Source of the DNA: Vicugna vicugna
Lineage: Eukaryota
Length of the DNA stretch: 64,000 nt
Direction: 5' to 3'
Assembly: GCA_013265495.1 (NCBI GenBank)
Contig: MU058213.1
Span: forward strand, 1,488,001-1,552,000
The position numbers were made by a program, and so were the translations under genes. This document shows positions 62,306 through 64,000 of the stretch, piece by piece (the stretch's first letter is position 1; each line of letters opens with the position of its first letter). The notes beneath the pieces are model-generated. The model was not told where the DNA came from. It searched no databases and saw nothing but the letters and a program-made list of their open reading frames with translations.

Positions 62306-62539
62306 ATATGCTATCTCATTCAGGAGATGGTCCTCTCTAACTATAGGAACTGAGTCGTCTTTGCCTCAGGGTCCCTTCTGCCTCTCAGAGTGCCTTACAT
62401 CAAGTAGGTTCTCAATGGGTATTTTTTAATTGAGTGGAAGAAGTAATTACCAATTAACTAAGGAGTGCTGTACCTAAGTGTAGGGGTTGCTTTTCCATGT
62501 TTCTTGCCCCTTCTCTTGATCTTCCTCTTTGGACTTTCA

Positions 62540-62903
62540 TGGCATGGTAGAGATAATGCCCTGTGTTCATACAGGAAGATTACGTGTTCTCCTTTGAGTG
62601 AGGCTGTATAACTGCATTTTGTCTGATTGATTATGGGTGCATGTGATGTGCACCTTTTCCAGACCTGGCCTCTAAAACTCCACTGAATCCCTCCCAATCT
62701 TCCTCTTTTGAATGTACAGCAGGGAACCCTGAGTCTAGATTGAAGGAGCCTGGATCCCTGACTGCATGGAGTACCCTACCCACCCAACCTAGACCTGCAA
62801 TGGACTAGGCATGAAATAGACATAATCTTTTATTATGTTAAACTATTGAAATTTGGGGATTATTACAGCAGCTACTATCCTGATTACTTATCCTGATTAA
62901 TAC
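62540..62903 (+). mobile_element. MaLR LTR (MLT1H/I/J-like)
   Basis: gaaggagcctggatccctga...cttttattatgttaaactattgaaatttgggga...ttacagcagc...cctgattaatac. Confidence 0.75.
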
Positions 62904-63734
62904 CCTTGATGTGGAATCCAGGTCTGTAGGGAAACAAGTCTATCCTACGATTTTGAATGAAGCCTCCTAGATCTCAACTGTGGCCAGGGTGGCTGGGGGT
63001 CAGTATTCTTGAGGTAACAGTCAGCTTAACATGGCCCTGCAAGGAATACCTGTCTTATTATCTCAGATTCCTGACTTAGAGAAAAGGTCCAACTGAGGAT
63101 TTTCCAAATGTCCTACTTAGTGGTATAAAATTTTTCAGATAAAATAACAAGAACAGCAGCAACAATGACGGTAGCAACAAAGCAACAAAAAACTTAACAA
63201 AAGCTTTCTCCCTTCTTCATCATTCTATCCTGCCTTCCCAAATTAGATCTTTTTCTTTCCAAACTGTTTATGATGCTGGAAAATTCTCTGTGGCTTTCCC
63301 GGATGGTTCCAATATCTAAAGATGTCCCTCACCACTGGATTTATTACTGGGCCTCTCTGAGTGAGGTCAGAGGGCATCCCAAGCCCTATATTCTGAAACT
63401 CCTCCTTCTCTTATGTGCTCCATAACTCTCCTTTGCCATTTATTGACATTTGAGACATTTGATCTATGACTGCCTTTCTTTCCCGCCCCCCTGTATCCAT
63501 GCCTTGGTTTCCAGGGACAGCAGGAATATATTATTTCAAGCATGAGGACGAGGCCAACTTGTCTAGGCTCTGTGAGCAAATTATGGGTAGAATTTTGCAT
63601 AGATTGATATTGCGCTTGAAGACTTAAGATTCGACATAGCGTGGGACACATTATTTAGATTCTAGATCCAGCAACCTAAGTCTGGAGTCAGAAATGAGTT
63701 GAAGATCCCCATGGTCCTCTAACTCTCAGCTTGC

Positions 63735-63875
63735 CTGGTCATTGTCTCAGCGGTCCTGTGAGGTAGGTCTCATCTCTGTGTTAGGAGGGACCAAGACTCA
63801 GAGACTGATTGATCACAATGGTGGTAGAATTGGAAATGAAGCCAGGGCTTCTAGCTCTTTCCCCTGCACCATGAC
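63735..63875 (-). mobile_element. MIR SINE
   Basis: cctgtgaggtagg...ccaagactcagaga...gtggtagaattgg...gccaggg. Confidence 0.6.
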
Positions 63876-64000
63876 AAGCCCCTCCCTTTATAAAGGACCA
63901 ATTCTAAAAAAAAAATTAGCATTTATAGAGAACATAATTTAGGAAATGCTTTGAAAAGCAGACTGCATCTGAAATTTCTGTTTCATAAAAAGTCAGCTTG

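Noticed and set aside
62036..62353. Acidic/lysine-rich 105-aa ORF
   Set aside because: Translation of a GA-rich low-complexity tract running into a MIR (LQMRKLRL is the MIR core).
62405..62436. ctcaatgggtatttt..attgag, resembling L2-derived miR-95-type sequence
   Set aside because: Just a degenerate L2/MIR tail; no long hairpin and it does not match the mature miRNA as I recall it.
1..64000. CRISPR arrays, tRNA/rRNA/snRNA genes, prokaryotic or phage operons, NUMT
   Set aside because: No regularly spaced repeats, no recognisable structural RNA, and no gene-dense or mitochondrial-like segment seen.

Overview
AT-rich, CpG-depleted placental-mammal genomic DNA that reads as an intron of a very large gene or as intergenic sequence. 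I recognise no protein-coding exon of a known gene, and no RNA gene, CRISPR array or prokaryotic sequence. Much of the window is transposon-derived. Ancient layer: many MIR and L2 copies, L3/CR1, HAL1-like and L1M fragments, MaLR/ERVL LTRs, hAT and Tigger MITEs (MER5, MER3, MER20, MER103-like, MER2), and two probable RTE-clade relics. Young layer: several L1 insertions with clean target-site duplications (TSDs), including a 5'-inverted (twin-primed) copy and a ~50-nt micro-insertion. The L1 3' UTR style and the absence of Alu/B1/SINEC/Bov/PRE-type SINEs suggest a cetartiodactyl, most likely a camelid (inference). The only ORFs with clear homology are L1 ORF2p C-terminal fragments. Repeat-free blocks dense in homeodomain/SOX/POU/RFX motifs look like conserved enhancers, and two + strand splice signals (a frame-preserving 231-nt exon and a possible recursive splice site) deserve checking. 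I did not find a convincing undescribed biological system. Repeat family names and boundaries come from recalled consensus sequences matched by eye, so they are approximate unless a TSD fixes them.
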